The position numbers and the translations under genes were made by a program. A DNA stretch of 64,000 bases from Deltaproteobacteria bacterium. GTDB lineage: Bacteria; Myxococcota_A; Polyangia; Polyangiales; Houyiibacteriaceae. Positions 19,939 to 29,425 of this stretch are shown piece by piece. The number at the start of each line of letters is the position of its first letter. Positions within the stretch are counted from its first letter, which is position 1. The DNA lies in contig JAXMNT010000008.1 in NCBI GenBank assembly GCA_034670305.1, positions 96,001 through 160,000 of the forward strand. Direction: 5' to 3'. Under the pieces are notes generated by a model. It ran no database searches and was not told the DNA's origin. It was given only the letters and a program-made list of their open reading frames with translations.

Positions 19939-21434
19939 CAGTGCGCCCCTTCCGTGATCTTGGCGATCACCGAAGCCGCGCACACGCGGTCGTCGAAGTC
20001 GCGCTTCTCGGTGCCGACGATCTGGTAGTCCTCGTGGCCTTTGCCCGCGATGAGCACGGTGTCGCCGGCCGACGCCAAACGCAGCGCCATGGCGATGGCG
20101 GCCGCGCGATCCGGTTCCACGATGTAGCCCGCATCCGAGCCGATGTGGTGTTCCACGCGTCCCTCCGCGTGGAGCCCTGGAAGAATCTGCGCGATGATCG
20201 CGTCTGGATCCTCCGTGCGCGGGTTGTCGCTGGTGACGAACACGTTGTCGGCCGCTGCGGCTGCCGCGCCCATCTTCGGCCGCTTTTCTGCGTCCCGGTC
20301 GCCACCACAACCGAACACCACCGAGAGCTTGCCCGAGGTCAGCGGACGCACCGACGCGAGCGCGCGGCGCAGCGCGTCGGGGGTGTGGGCGTAGTCGACG
20401 AGCACGAGCACGCCGCGTGGATCCGGAACCCGCTCGAGCCGCCCAGGCGCCCCGAGTGCGTGCTCGAGCGCGGCGATCGAATCGGGAACCGAGTGACCCA
20501 GCGCCTTCAGGCAGCCGAGCACCACGAGCAGGTTCTCGAGGTTGTGCGGGCCGACGAGCGGGCTGCGCAGGGCGTGTTGCGCATCGCCTTCGTACACGGT
20601 GGCGGTCAAGCCTTGCGCGCTCGAGACTCCGGTGGCCCAGAGATCCGCGCCTTCGACGCATCCCACCGTGCAGACGTCGTGACCGGCCGCTCGCACGCGT
20701 TCTGCCAACTCGGCACCGAACGGGTCACCGACGTGGATCACACTCTTGTCCGGGGCGTGCCGAAGAAAGAGCGCCGCCTTGGCCTCGCCGTACGCGGCCA
20801 TGGTCTCGTGAAAGTCGAGGTGGTCTTGGGTGAGGTTGGTGAACGCGGCGACGCGAAAGTGCACGCCAGCCGTCCGGGCTTGGGAGAGGCCGTGGCTGCT
20901 CACCTCCATCACGAGGTGCGACGATCCCGCCGCGACGCAGGCCGCGGCGAACCGCGCGAGGTCGTCCGCTTCAGGGGTGGTGAACGAAGACGGCTCGAGC
21001 TTCGCACCGGCGCGCGATGCGACTGTGCCGAGCAGCGCGGGTGCTTCTCCGAGCGCGCGCAGTCCCTGGTCCAAGATCCACGCAGCGGTGGTCTTTCCAT
21101 TGGTGCCGGTGATGCCCACCACCGCGAGCCGCGCGGTCGGGTCGTCGTGAAGCGCGTGCGCCACGGGCCCGAGCGCCGCGCGATCGTCGGAGACGACGAG
21201 CTGCGGGAGCGAGGTCTCGAGTTCGGCGCCGGTCAGCACCGCCACCGCGCCGCGGGCTTCCGCCGATGCCACGAAAGCGGTTCCGTCGAACGTGGCGCCG
21301 CGCAGCGCGGCGAACAGATCGCCGCGTCCGACCTGGCGCGAGTCGCGGCGCACGTCGCCGACCTCGGCGTCGCCGACCGTGCGCGCGTCGAGTCCTGCGT
21401 CGCGGACGACCGTTGCGAGTCGAGAGAGCATCAT
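19938..21434 (-). CDS. murE: UDP-MurNAc-dipeptide:meso-DAP ligase
   Basis: ITGTNGKTT, MEVSSH, DHLDFH, DYAHTPDA, FGCGGDRD, DNPR (DAP-specific), AGKGHE. Confidence 0.96.
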   Translation of the reverse strand: MMLSRLATVVRDAGLDARTVGDAEVGDVRRDSRQVGRGDLFAALRGATFDGTAFVASAEARGAVAVLTGAELETSLPQLVVSDDRAALGPVAHALHDDPTARLAVVGITGTNGKTTAAWILDQGLRALGEAPALLGTVASRAGAKLEPSSFTTPEADDLARFAAACVAAGSSHLVMEVSSHGLSQARTAGVHFRVAAFTNLTQDHLDFHETMAAYGEAKAALFLRHAPDKSVIHVGDPFGAELAERVRAAGHDVCTVGCVEGADLWATGVSSAQGLTATVYEGDAQHALRSPLVGPHNLENLLVVLGCLKALGHSVPDSIAALEHALGAPGRLERVPDPRGVLVLVDYAHTPDALRRALASVRPLTSGKLSVVFGCGGDRDAEKRPKMGAAAAAADNVFVTSDNPRTEDPDAIIAQILPGLHAEGRVEHHIGSDAGYIVEPDRAAAIAMALRLASAGDTVLIAGKGHEDYQIVGTEKRDFDDRVCAASVIAKITEGAH

Positions 21435-23575
21435 GGCGACTCCCGTTCCATCGGCGGACCACCGACCGCGGCGACGACTTCCGCTTCGATCTCTGCGCTC
21501 GCGACTTCCGGGGGCGCCAGCGTGAGGTGCACCGTCTCTCCGGTCGGCATCGGCGTGCCGCCCGCCGGCACCTGGGCCTGTACGACACCATGGCCCACGA
21601 ACACGCCCCGGAGCCCCTGCGCACCGAGCGCGATGAGCGCCGCGCGTGCGCTCTGGCCGACGACCGCCGGCGCCCGCACTTCGCCTTCCGCGAGTGGCAG
21701 CCGGAGCGGTTCGATTTCGGGTTCTTCGTCCGACCCGGCACTCGCCAGCGCGCGGCGGCGACGCGTCTGCTCCCGCGCGTGTTCCACCAACGCTTCGCCG
21801 CCGGTGGCCGCCGGCACACCCAGGTGTCGCAACGCGGCGGCCCCGACGCGGCGGAAGACCGGACCGGCCACCACGCCGCCGTAGTGCGCGACGATCGGTT
21901 CGTCGATGACCACCGAGATCACGAGCCGCGGGTTCTGCGCAGGCACGAACCCAGCAAAGCTGGCGACCCAGCGGTCCGCTGCGTAGCCGCCGTGCACGTG
22001 GTCGGCTTTCTGAGCGGTGCCCGTCTTGCCCGCCACCAGGTAGCCGTCGATCGCCGCCTGGGGCGCGGTGCCGTCGGGGCCGGTGACCGCGGTCAACATG
22101 TCGCCGACCAAACGCGCGATGCGTTCCGGCACCACCCGTCGCCGGACTTCGCGCGGGGTCGGATCCTCGTCGCCCACCCGGCGGATGAGGCGCGGGCGCA
22201 TCAACCGTCCGCCGTTCGCGATCGTCGCCATCGCCGCAGCGATCTGCACGTTCGTCGTGCTCATCGCCTGGCCGAATGGAATGGTCGCGGCGTCCATCTC
22301 GAACCACTCGCGGAAGTGCCGGAGCGACCCGCCGGTCTCGCCCGGTAGGGGCAGCCCGGTCGAGTCGCCGAATCCGAACCGTCGGAACGCGCGGTAGAGC
22401 CCTCTGCGCCCGAGGCTGTGGCCCACCTTCGAGAGACAGATGTTCGAGGAGTACGCCAGGCACTGCGCGGGCGTCAGCAGCTCGTGCGGGGTGGTGTCGC
22501 GGATGACGTCGTCTTCCCCCACCTGCATGCGGCCGTTCTCGCAGTCGATGCGTTCTTCCGGGCGCAGCGTGCCCGACGCGAGTGCGGCGGCGACCGTGAA
22601 CGGCTTCACGGTGGAGCCCGGCTCGAACCGATCCGTCACCGCGCGGTTGCGTCGATGGGACGCGGGAGAAGAACCCGGACGGTTGGGATCGAAGCTCGGG
22701 TAGCTCGCCACCGCCAGCAGCTCGCCGGTCTCTGGGTCCATGACGACCACGCTGCCGGCGCGCGCTTCGTACGTGCGCACCGCCAGTTCGAGTTCGCGCT
22801 CGGCCACGCGTTGAATGGTTCGGTCGATCGTCAGCGTAAGGTCTTCGCCCTGCGCCGCGCGGTCGTCGAGCAGCTGTTCGGAGAACACGACACGGCCACT
22901 TCGGTCGCGGATCGCCGGAACGGAACGGACCGACCCACGAAGGCGCTCTTCGAGCGAGAGTTCGAGTCCTTCGATGCCGACGCCATCGATGTTTGCGAAA
23001 CCGAGCAGATGCGAGGCGAGTTCGCGGTTCGGATAGAAGCGGCGCGCCTCTCGGTCGATGTGCACGCCGGGCAAGTTCGCCTCGCGGATCTGCGCCGCGA
23101 CCCGAGGCGTCACCCTGCGTTTGATCCAGACGAAGTAGCGGTCCGACCGGAGCCGCCGCTCAATGCGCTCCGGATCGATGCCGAGCAGCGCTTCGAGTTG
23201 GCGCGTGAGCACGACCGGGTCCATGCCTTCGGCGCGCGCTTCGCGGGGGTTCGCCCAGATGCTGTCCACATCCACGCTCACGGCGAGTTCCGCGCCGTGG
23301 CGGTCGTAGATGGTGCCGCGTTTGGGCGCGAGGCGGATGCGACGCAGGTACTGGTCTTCCGCCATCTCGCGCAGCGCCGGCGCCCGGTCGACCTGGAGTT
23401 CATACGCACGCCGCCCGACCAACGATGCCCCCACGAGGAGCAAGAGGCCGAGCACCGCGATGCGCACCTTCATCCACTGGACGTTGCGGAGCGGGTTCGA
23501 CGACGGTTTCGACTCGGGCTCGGGCGCCGGCGCGCCAGGCGTGCGGCGCTTCATCTTCGGTGGACGCTGGCTCAT
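21431..23575 (-). CDS. ftsI: Class B penicillin-binding protein FtsI (PBP3) with C-terminal PASTA-like region
   Basis: RGTIYDR, EPGSTVKP (SxxK), SSN, GKTGTAQ. Confidence 0.95.
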   Translation of the reverse strand: MSQRPPKMKRRTPGAPAPEPESKPSSNPLRNVQWMKVRIAVLGLLLLVGASLVGRRAYELQVDRAPALREMAEDQYLRRIRLAPKRGTIYDRHGAELAVSVDVDSIWANPREARAEGMDPVVLTRQLEALLGIDPERIERRLRSDRYFVWIKRRVTPRVAAQIREANLPGVHIDREARRFYPNRELASHLLGFANIDGVGIEGLELSLEERLRGSVRSVPAIRDRSGRVVFSEQLLDDRAAQGEDLTLTIDRTIQRVAERELELAVRTYEARAGSVVVMDPETGELLAVASYPSFDPNRPGSSPASHRRNRAVTDRFEPGSTVKPFTVAAALASGTLRPEERIDCENGRMQVGEDDVIRDTTPHELLTPAQCLAYSSNICLSKVGHSLGRRGLYRAFRRFGFGDSTGLPLPGETGGSLRHFREWFEMDAATIPFGQAMSTTNVQIAAAMATIANGGRLMRPRLIRRVGDEDPTPREVRRRVVPERIARLVGDMLTAVTGPDGTAPQAAIDGYLVAGKTGTAQKADHVHGGYAADRWVASFAGFVPAQNPRLVISVVIDEPIVAHYGGVVAGPVFRRVGAAALRHLGVPAATGGEALVEHAREQTRRRRALASAGSDEEPEIEPLRLPLAEGEVRAPAVVGQSARAALIALGAQGLRGVFVGHGVVQAQVPAGGTPMPTGETVHLTLAPPEVASAEIEAEVVAAVGGPPMERESP

Positions 23576-23973
23576 CGCACGCGTCCAGACGTTCCGCGCT
23601 GCGCGCGATGCGGCACGATCGGCACCACGCGTTCGGCCGGTGGCACGTCCATCTCGAGCAGGCCACGGGCCACGGTCTCGACCCGGGGCACGTTGCGTAG
23701 GGTTGCGGCTTCGACCGAGAGCAGCCGGCGCTGTTCGATCAGCCGGCGTTGTTCGGAGCGCGCCTCGCCGACGTCGTAACCGAGCCGCACGGTCTCGAAA
23801 CGCATCGCGAGATGGACCACGAACGCCGCGGCTGTGGCGAGCACCGCCGCGGTCCAGAGCATCAGGAAACGCGCGGCCACCCCGTTGCGGGCCCCGCTGC
23901 GGGCGGGCGCCGGACGCGTCTCGGCGTCGGGGGCGGGGGGCGCCATGCTCACGTTCTTCTTCGGACGGCTCAT
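23572..23973 (-). CDS. ftsL: Cell division protein FtsL
   Basis: One TM plus coiled coil ending RVETVARGLLEM; lies between rsmH and ftsI. Confidence 0.85.
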   Translation of the reverse strand: MSRPKKNVSMAPPAPDAETRPAPARSGARNGVAARFLMLWTAAVLATAAAFVVHLAMRFETVRLGYDVGEARSEQRRLIEQRRLLSVEAATLRNVPRVETVARGLLEMDVPPAERVVPIVPHRAQRGTSGRVR

Positions 23974-24860
23974 GCGTCCTCCGATCGCGGGCGGCGGCGT
24001 GCAGTGCGCAGCTTCGCGGTGCGGGCGCGCGGGTTGCGGGTGCGCTCTTCGTCTCCCGCGATCACCGGCTTCTTGGTGAGCGGAATCATCCGCGGCTCTT
24101 CGCGAAACGCCCACTTGACGATCCGGTCTTCGAGCGAGTGAAACGAGATCACGGCAGCGACGCCGTCGTCCTCGAGCATGTCGGGCAACTGACCCATCAA
24201 GCGGGTGAGTTCGTCGAGCTCGCGGTTCACCGCGATGCGCAGCGCCTGAAACGTACGCGTGGCGTTGTCGATCCGTCCCCGCTTGGGGAACACGCGGTGC
24301 ACCGCCCGGCTCAGGTCTTCGGTGGTCTCGAGTTCGCCGGCTTCAAATGCCTCGCGAATCGAACGTGCGATGGCCCGCGAGCGACGCTCTTCGCCGAGTT
24401 CGTAGATGAGATCGGCAAGCTCGGTCACGTCGAGCCGAGCGATCAGCTCGAGCGCAGTCTCGCCGGCCTCGGTGTTCATGCGCATGTCGAGCGGGCCCGC
24501 GTTGCGGAACGAGAACCCGCGGGTGGCGTCGTCGAGTTGCGGGGAGCTGACGCCCACGTCGGCGACGACTCCGTCGAGCCGCTGAATCGAATGTTCGGAC
24601 AACACATCCCGCAGGCGCCCGAACTCCGCGTGGACGAACGTCACCCGATCGCCGAAGCGGGCAAGTCGCTCGCGCGAGGCTTCGAGTGCGATCGGATCGC
24701 GGTCGAGTCCGATGAGCGTGCCGTCGGGCGCGCTCCGTTCGAGCACTGCTTCGGCGTGGCCGCCGCCACCGAGCGTCGCATCGGCGTAGCGTCCTCCGGC
24801 CCGCGGCGCGATCGCGTCTACGGTCTCGGCGAGCAGCACCGTCTCGTGATGAAACGTCAC
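23970..24860 (-). CDS. rsmH: 16S rRNA m4C1402 methyltransferase
   Basis: HETVL, DATLGGGGH, DVGVSSPQLD, PLDMRM, ISFHSLEDR, NPRARTAKLR. Confidence 0.97.
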   Translation of the reverse strand: MTFHHETVLLAETVDAIAPRAGGRYADATLGGGGHAEAVLERSAPDGTLIGLDRDPIALEASRERLARFGDRVTFVHAEFGRLRDVLSEHSIQRLDGVVADVGVSSPQLDDATRGFSFRNAGPLDMRMNTEAGETALELIARLDVTELADLIYELGEERRSRAIARSIREAFEAGELETTEDLSRAVHRVFPKRGRIDNATRTFQALRIAVNRELDELTRLMGQLPDMLEDDGVAAVISFHSLEDRIVKWAFREEPRMIPLTKKPVIAGDEERTRNPRARTAKLRTARRRPRSEDA

Positions 24861-25309
24861 AGGCCGAGCTCCGCGAGCCGCGCCGCCAACTTGGTGCGCG
24901 CTTCTTCGTCTTCGAGCACTTCGTCGCGAAGCGTGTCGAACTGACCCTTCGCCCAGAGTTCGATGTGGTGGCCCATGCCTGCCCACAACGCTTCTCGGTC
25001 GAGGCCTGCATGCCGCCGCAACGTCGCGGGCACGAGAATGCGGCCCATCTTGTCGAGATCGCACTCGACGGCGCCGGACACGTAGATGCGCCGAAGCATC
25101 TGCACGCTTCGGTCGAACTGAGGGAGCGTGGACAGGCGTTCTTCGAACGAGATCCATTCGCTCATCGGGTAGGCGACGAGACACGGATCGAGTCCGCTGG
25201 TGATCACCAGACGCGAATCGCCCCGCGTCGCGAGCACGTCGCGGAAGCGGGCAGGAAGCGAAGTTCGCCCCTTCTTGTCGATTGCGTGTTCGTACCGGCC
25301 TCGAAACAC
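24857..25309 (-). CDS. mraZ: Division/cell wall cluster transcriptional repressor MraZ
   Basis: MFRGRYEHAIDKKGR and second DKMGRI repeat; first gene of the dcw cluster. Confidence 0.96.
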   Translation of the reverse strand: MFRGRYEHAIDKKGRTSLPARFRDVLATRGDSRLVITSGLDPCLVAYPMSEWISFEERLSTLPQFDRSVQMLRRIYVSGAVECDLDKMGRILVPATLRRHAGLDREALWAGMGHHIELWAKGQFDTLRDEVLEDEEARTKLAARLAELGL

Positions 25310-25360
25310 CGTCTACCTGGCTCTCCTGGGGACCAAATCCCCCCGTGGCTGGCGAGAATG

Positions 25361-25390
25361 ACACTTCTTGCCACTTCTTACCACCACTTG
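25361..25390 (-). promoter_or_regulatory. Putative MraZ operator (three GTG[G/T] boxes with 10-bp period)
   Basis: Plus strand ACACTTCTTG-CCACTTCTTA-CCACCACTTG about 50 nt upstream of mraZ; matches the known spaced-GTGG architecture of MraZ sites. Confidence 0.7.
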
Positions 25391-25704
25391 CCGAAGCTAG
25401 AAGGTGGATGGGCAGGAGTCAACTTCGACGCGCTTCACTATCCGCTGAAATCATTGGTGTTTTCCGCGGTCATGGCGGATTTCGGCCCCAGTGGCGCCGG
25501 GGATCGGCCGCGATACCGGCGAAGTGACAGTGTTGGCGCTGATCTCACCATGATATAGCCGATCGTGTCTACTATCAGCTGAAGAACGGGCAGTGGATAG
25601 CTGAGGTCCTGGCGGCCGATGGGCAGTCGTCCTGGAGCGCCCCCCAAATGGGGGAGGCATGTTCGGGCTCGCGTCGGGGTCGGCGGTTTTCGTACACTTG
25701 GCTG

Positions 25705-26325
25705 GTGAACGCCGAATCCGACGCCGAGGTTGAGGCCGAGGCTGAGGCCGAGGCCGACTCCGAATCCGACGCCGAAGCCGACGCCGAAGCCGAAGCCGAC
25801 GCCGAAGCCGACGCCGAAGCCGACGCCGAGGCCGAAGCCGACGCCGAAGCCGAAGCCGACGCCGAAGCCGAATCCGAAGCCGAAGCCGAAGCCGAAGCCG
25901 ACGCCGAGGCCGACGCCGAGGCCGGTGCCGACGCTGACGCCGGTGCCGACGCCGACGCCGGTGCCGAATCCGACGCCGACGCCGCCGACTCCGGACCGGA
26001 AGCGGGGTTGGAGGCGGCTTGGGCGCGGTTGGTGGAGAACTGGGATGCGCCGGAGGCGCACAAGAAGTTTCGGGGGCTGTGTGCGCAGTGGGGGCGGCTC
26101 GACTTCGCGGGGATGCGTTATCGAGAGGTCCAGGCCAGGGACGAGGGGCGGGCCGAGGTGGCCAAGCGGGAGATCGGGAAGATCATCGCGGTCGCGGTCG
26201 CGCAGCTCGAGACGATCAAGTCGGAGCCGAAGAGCAGCCGCCGCACCGTGAACCTCATCGGCTTCGCGGTGGTCTTCGGGCTGCTGTTGAGCGTTCTGTA
26301 CATGTTTCTGTATGCCCAGCAGTAG
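25705..26325 (+). CDS. Hypothetical membrane-anchored protein with N-terminal acidic repeat
   Basis: AEAD repeat, then helical domain [21 protein letters not shown] and a C-terminal TM. Start uncertain (GTG 25705, or downstream of the repeat). Confidence 0.6.
   Translation: MNAESDAEVEAEAEAEADSESDAEADAEAEADAEADAEADAEAEADAEAEADAEAESEAEAEAEADAEADAEAGADADAGADADAGAESDADAADSGPEAGLEAAWARLVENWDAPEAHKKFRGLCAQWGRLDFAGMRYREVQARDEGRAEVAKREIGKIIAVAVAQLETIKSEPKSSRRTVNLIGFAVVFGLLLSVLYMFLYAQQ
25711..25990 (-). repeat. Hexamer array (GCCGAN)n, copy 6, in frame with the hypothetical ORF
   Basis: GCCGAA/GCCGAC/GCCGAG units read as Ala-Glu/Asp. Confidence 0.9.
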
Positions 26326-26370
26326 GGCTCGCTCCACGGGTGGCCTCCCGTGTATCCTGGCGACCTTCGA

Positions 26371-27042
26371 ATGCAGATCGATTTCAAGTCGCGCGAGCTG
26401 ACGGTCAAGCTCGTCTACTACGGGCCCGCACTCAGCGGAAAAACCACGAACCTCCAGGCGATCCACCGTTTGGTGACGTCGGACACCGCCGGTCGGCTGA
26501 TGACGCTCGAGACCCGGGACGACCGGACGCTGTTTTTCGACCTGCTACCGCTGACCTTCAGCAGCGGAAGCGGCATCCAGGTCCGCTTCAAGCTCTTCAC
26601 GGTGCCCGGCCAAGTCATTCACAACGCGACCCGGCGGCTGGTGCTGCAGGGCGCCGACGGCACGGCGTTCATCGCCGATTCGCAAATCAGCGAGACCAAG
26701 GCGAACCGGCAAGCCTTCTTGAACATGCAGGAGAACTTGACCGAGAACAATCTCGATCCGACCGAACATCCGATCGTGATTCAGTTCAACAAACGGGACC
26801 TTCCGAACACCCGTTCCGACGAGGAACTGGACCGCATGGCGGCGCGGGGGCGCGAGCCCGTCTTCGGCGCGATCGCGACGCGCGGCGTCGGCGTCATCGA
26901 GACGTTCCTCGGACTCACCGATGTGACCTGGCGACGGCTCGAAGAAAAGCATTCGCTCCACGAGAAATTTGGTCTCGACCCGGACGAGTTCCTGAACGAC
27001 ATCCGAGAGCGCCTGGGCCTCGACGGCAAGGCGGCAGAGTGA
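26371..27042 (+). CDS. MglA-family small Ras-like GTPase (paralogue with no adjacent MglB)
   Basis: KLVYYGPALSGKTTNL, DRTLFFD, FTVPGQ, FIADSQ, NKRD. Confidence 0.9.
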   Translation: MQIDFKSRELTVKLVYYGPALSGKTTNLQAIHRLVTSDTAGRLMTLETRDDRTLFFDLLPLTFSSGSGIQVRFKLFTVPGQVIHNATRRLVLQGADGTAFIADSQISETKANRQAFLNMQENLTENNLDPTEHPIVIQFNKRDLPNTRSDEELDRMAARGREPVFGAIATRGVGVIETFLGLTDVTWRRLEEKHSLHEKFGLDPDEFLNDIRERLGLDGKAAE

Positions 27043-28445
27043 CTGCCGCCGACCCGGAGACCCTGGAGAAGTCTGGCATCGACATCTCGATGGGCGATGT
27101 CGCGCGGCTGGAAGAGGTCGTCGACAAGAACGCACTCCGAGACGTCTGTCGGTCGTTCTTCGATCTGTTCGGGCTGTCCGTGCGGGTGTTCTCTTCCCAA
27201 GGCACCATGCTCGCCGATGTGCATGAGGAGCCGGCGATCCACGCGCTGCTCCGGACCACGGCCAAGGGACGCGATGCCCTTGGAAAGAACGTGGATCAGG
27301 TCGCCCGACATGAACCGAGCAACGCCGAGATGCTCGATGAGATCACCGGCGCCGTGTACGACGTCGTGCCGCTCAAATACCAAGGCCGCATCGTCGGCCG
27401 CTTCGTGGTCGGTCCGTACCTGCCCGCGGAGCGCAAAGAAGTCCCGCACTCGCTCCTGACCATCGACGCCGAACTCGACGCGGAGGCTCTGCGGGCTGCG
27501 CTCGCCGAGATGCCGCGGGTGCGGAACGCCACCGCCGAGCGGATCGTCAAGCACCTCCGCGGCGTCATCGACCTGCTCCTCTTCTCGAGTCACCGCGCCC
27601 ACCTCACGAGCGAGATGCACGTCGCGAGCGTGCGGGAGAGCTACCGCGAGCTGGCCGAAAAGACCGCCAAGCTACAGGCGGCGTACGACCGGCTGCGAGA
27701 GCTCGACAAGTTGAAGTCGAACTTCCTCGCGACGGTGAGCCATGAGCTGCGCACGCCACTGACTTCCATCATTGGTTACTCCGAGATGTTGGAGAGCGGA
27801 ATCGGCGGAGACCTCAACGAAGAACAGCTCGAGTTCGTGGACACGATCCACAGTAAGGGCGAGCAACTTCTGCAGTTGATCACCAGCCTCCTCGATCTCT
27901 CCAAGCTGGAGCAAGGTGTGGTGCGACTCCGCACCGAAACCATGGACGCCCGCGTCATCGTCGAAGACATCGCAAAGACGTTCACGCCCGCGGCCCTCAA
28001 GAAGACGATCCGCGTCGACATCCAGGTCGACGAGAACCTGCCCCGCATCGCGGCGGACCCGATCCGCCTGAAACAGATCCTCTCCAACCTCGCGGAGAAC
28101 GCCGTGAAGTTCACGCCCGAAGGCGGCACGGTCACCTTCGGCGCGACCGAGACCGAACTCGAAGGCGAAGGGGGCGGCCTCGGCGCCGTGCTGATGGACT
28201 CTCCCCGGCGTGCGGTCGCGTTCACGATCTCCGACAGCGGCATCGGCATGCCGAGCGAGGAGCTGCCCCGCATCTTCGACGCGTTCTACCAAGTGGACGG
28301 AAGCTCGACGCGGGAACACGGCGGCACCGGACTCGGGCTCTCCATCGTCAAACGCCTCGTGGACGCGCACGAGGGCCGGATCGAGGTCGTGAGCCAAGTG
28401 GGCGCGGGCACGACCTTCACGGTCGTGATCCCCGAACCCGACTGA
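27039..28445 (+). CDS. Cytoplasmic sensor histidine kinase with PocR-like N-terminal domain
   Basis: SHELRTPLTSI H-box, NLAENAVKFT, DSGIG, FYQVD, GGTGLGL; no TM; N-terminus resembles PocR (SFFDLFGLSVRVF...VPLKYQGRIVGRFVVG). Confidence 0.88.
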   Translation: MTAADPETLEKSGIDISMGDVARLEEVVDKNALRDVCRSFFDLFGLSVRVFSSQGTMLADVHEEPAIHALLRTTAKGRDALGKNVDQVARHEPSNAEMLDEITGAVYDVVPLKYQGRIVGRFVVGPYLPAERKEVPHSLLTIDAELDAEALRAALAEMPRVRNATAERIVKHLRGVIDLLLFSSHRAHLTSEMHVASVRESYRELAEKTAKLQAAYDRLRELDKLKSNFLATVSHELRTPLTSIIGYSEMLESGIGGDLNEEQLEFVDTIHSKGEQLLQLITSLLDLSKLEQGVVRLRTETMDARVIVEDIAKTFTPAALKKTIRVDIQVDENLPRIAADPIRLKQILSNLAENAVKFTPEGGTVTFGATETELEGEGGGLGAVLMDSPRRAVAFTISDSGIGMPSEELPRIFDAFYQVDGSSTREHGGTGLGLSIVKRLVDAHEGRIEVVSQVGAGTTFTVVIPEPD

Positions 28446-28453
28446 CGGGTTCC

Positions 28454-29425
28454 GTGTCCGCGGAAGACGAGTTGATCGAGCGCCTCCGCGCACTCCATGC
28501 CGTACCGGACGCCGACGTCCCCATCGCCATCGGAGACGACGCGGCCGTGCTCACCGTCGCAGGCAATCTCGTCTTGAGCGTGGACGCGTGTGTGGAGGGC
28601 ACCCACTTCCGCACGGACTTCTTCCAGGACGAAGGACGGATCGACTGGGCCACGGTCGGGGACCGAGCCGCCACCGCGGCCCTGAGCGATCTCGCCGCCA
28701 TGGGCAGCCGGCCCGTGGCCGTGCTCAGTTCACTGGCCGCTCCATCCGATGCCGCCGCGGTCGTCGCAGCCATCGCACAAGGCACCGAGCGCGCCGCCCG
28801 ACGCGTGGGAGCCTTCGTCGTTGGCGGAAACCTTGCGCGCGCCGACGCCGTCTCAATCCACACCACGGTCGTTGGCGCGGCGAGCGACCCGATCACCCGC
28901 CGCGGCGCCCGGCCTGGGGACGGGCTCTACGTGACCGGACCGACTGGAGAAGCGGCGCTCGGACTGGAGCTCTTGCTGCGCGCCGAAGGCGACGTGGACG
29001 CATGGACAATGGACGAAGCGCACCGCGTGCTGGTGGAGGCGTGGCGGCACCCGCGCGCCCATGTCGCCGAAGGCCTGGCGCTCCAGGGCCACGCGCACGC
29101 CTGCATGGACGTCAGCGATGGCCTCGCCCTCGACCTCAGCCGCCTCTGTGGTGCGAGCGGAGTGGGCGCCACTTTGGACTTCGACGCACTTCCGCTGAGC
29201 GACGACGGCCGGCGCGTTGCGGCCTCCCTTGGGCTCGATGTCGAGCGACTGCTTTTGCACGGGGGAGAGAGCTACGTGCTGCTGTTCGCGTCGGCGGCGA
29301 GACCGCCCGTCGAGTGTGTGCGCGTGGGCGTGGTCGATGGCGCGCGCGGCATCCGAGTGCGACGCGACGGCGCGACACGCACGGTCGAACCGACCGGGTT
29401 CGACCACTTCAGAAGTGAAGACTGA
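28454..29425 (+). CDS. thiL: Thiamine-monophosphate kinase
   Basis: IGDDAA, EGTHF, LSDLAAMG, GGN, MDVSDGLALDL, GFDHF. Confidence 0.93.
   Translation: MSAEDELIERLRALHAVPDADVPIAIGDDAAVLTVAGNLVLSVDACVEGTHFRTDFFQDEGRIDWATVGDRAATAALSDLAAMGSRPVAVLSSLAAPSDAAAVVAAIAQGTERAARRVGAFVVGGNLARADAVSIHTTVVGAASDPITRRGARPGDGLYVTGPTGEAALGLELLLRAEGDVDAWTMDEAHRVLVEAWRHPRAHVAEGLALQGHAHACMDVSDGLALDLSRLCGASGVGATLDFDALPLSDDGRRVAASLGLDVERLLLHGGESYVLLFASAARPPVECVRVGVVDGARGIRVRRDGATRTVEPTGFDHFRSED

Noticed and set aside
26371-27042. Calling this gene mglA itself
   Set aside because: There is no upstream mglB and the N-terminus differs from the canonical MSFINY type, so it is treated as a paralogue.
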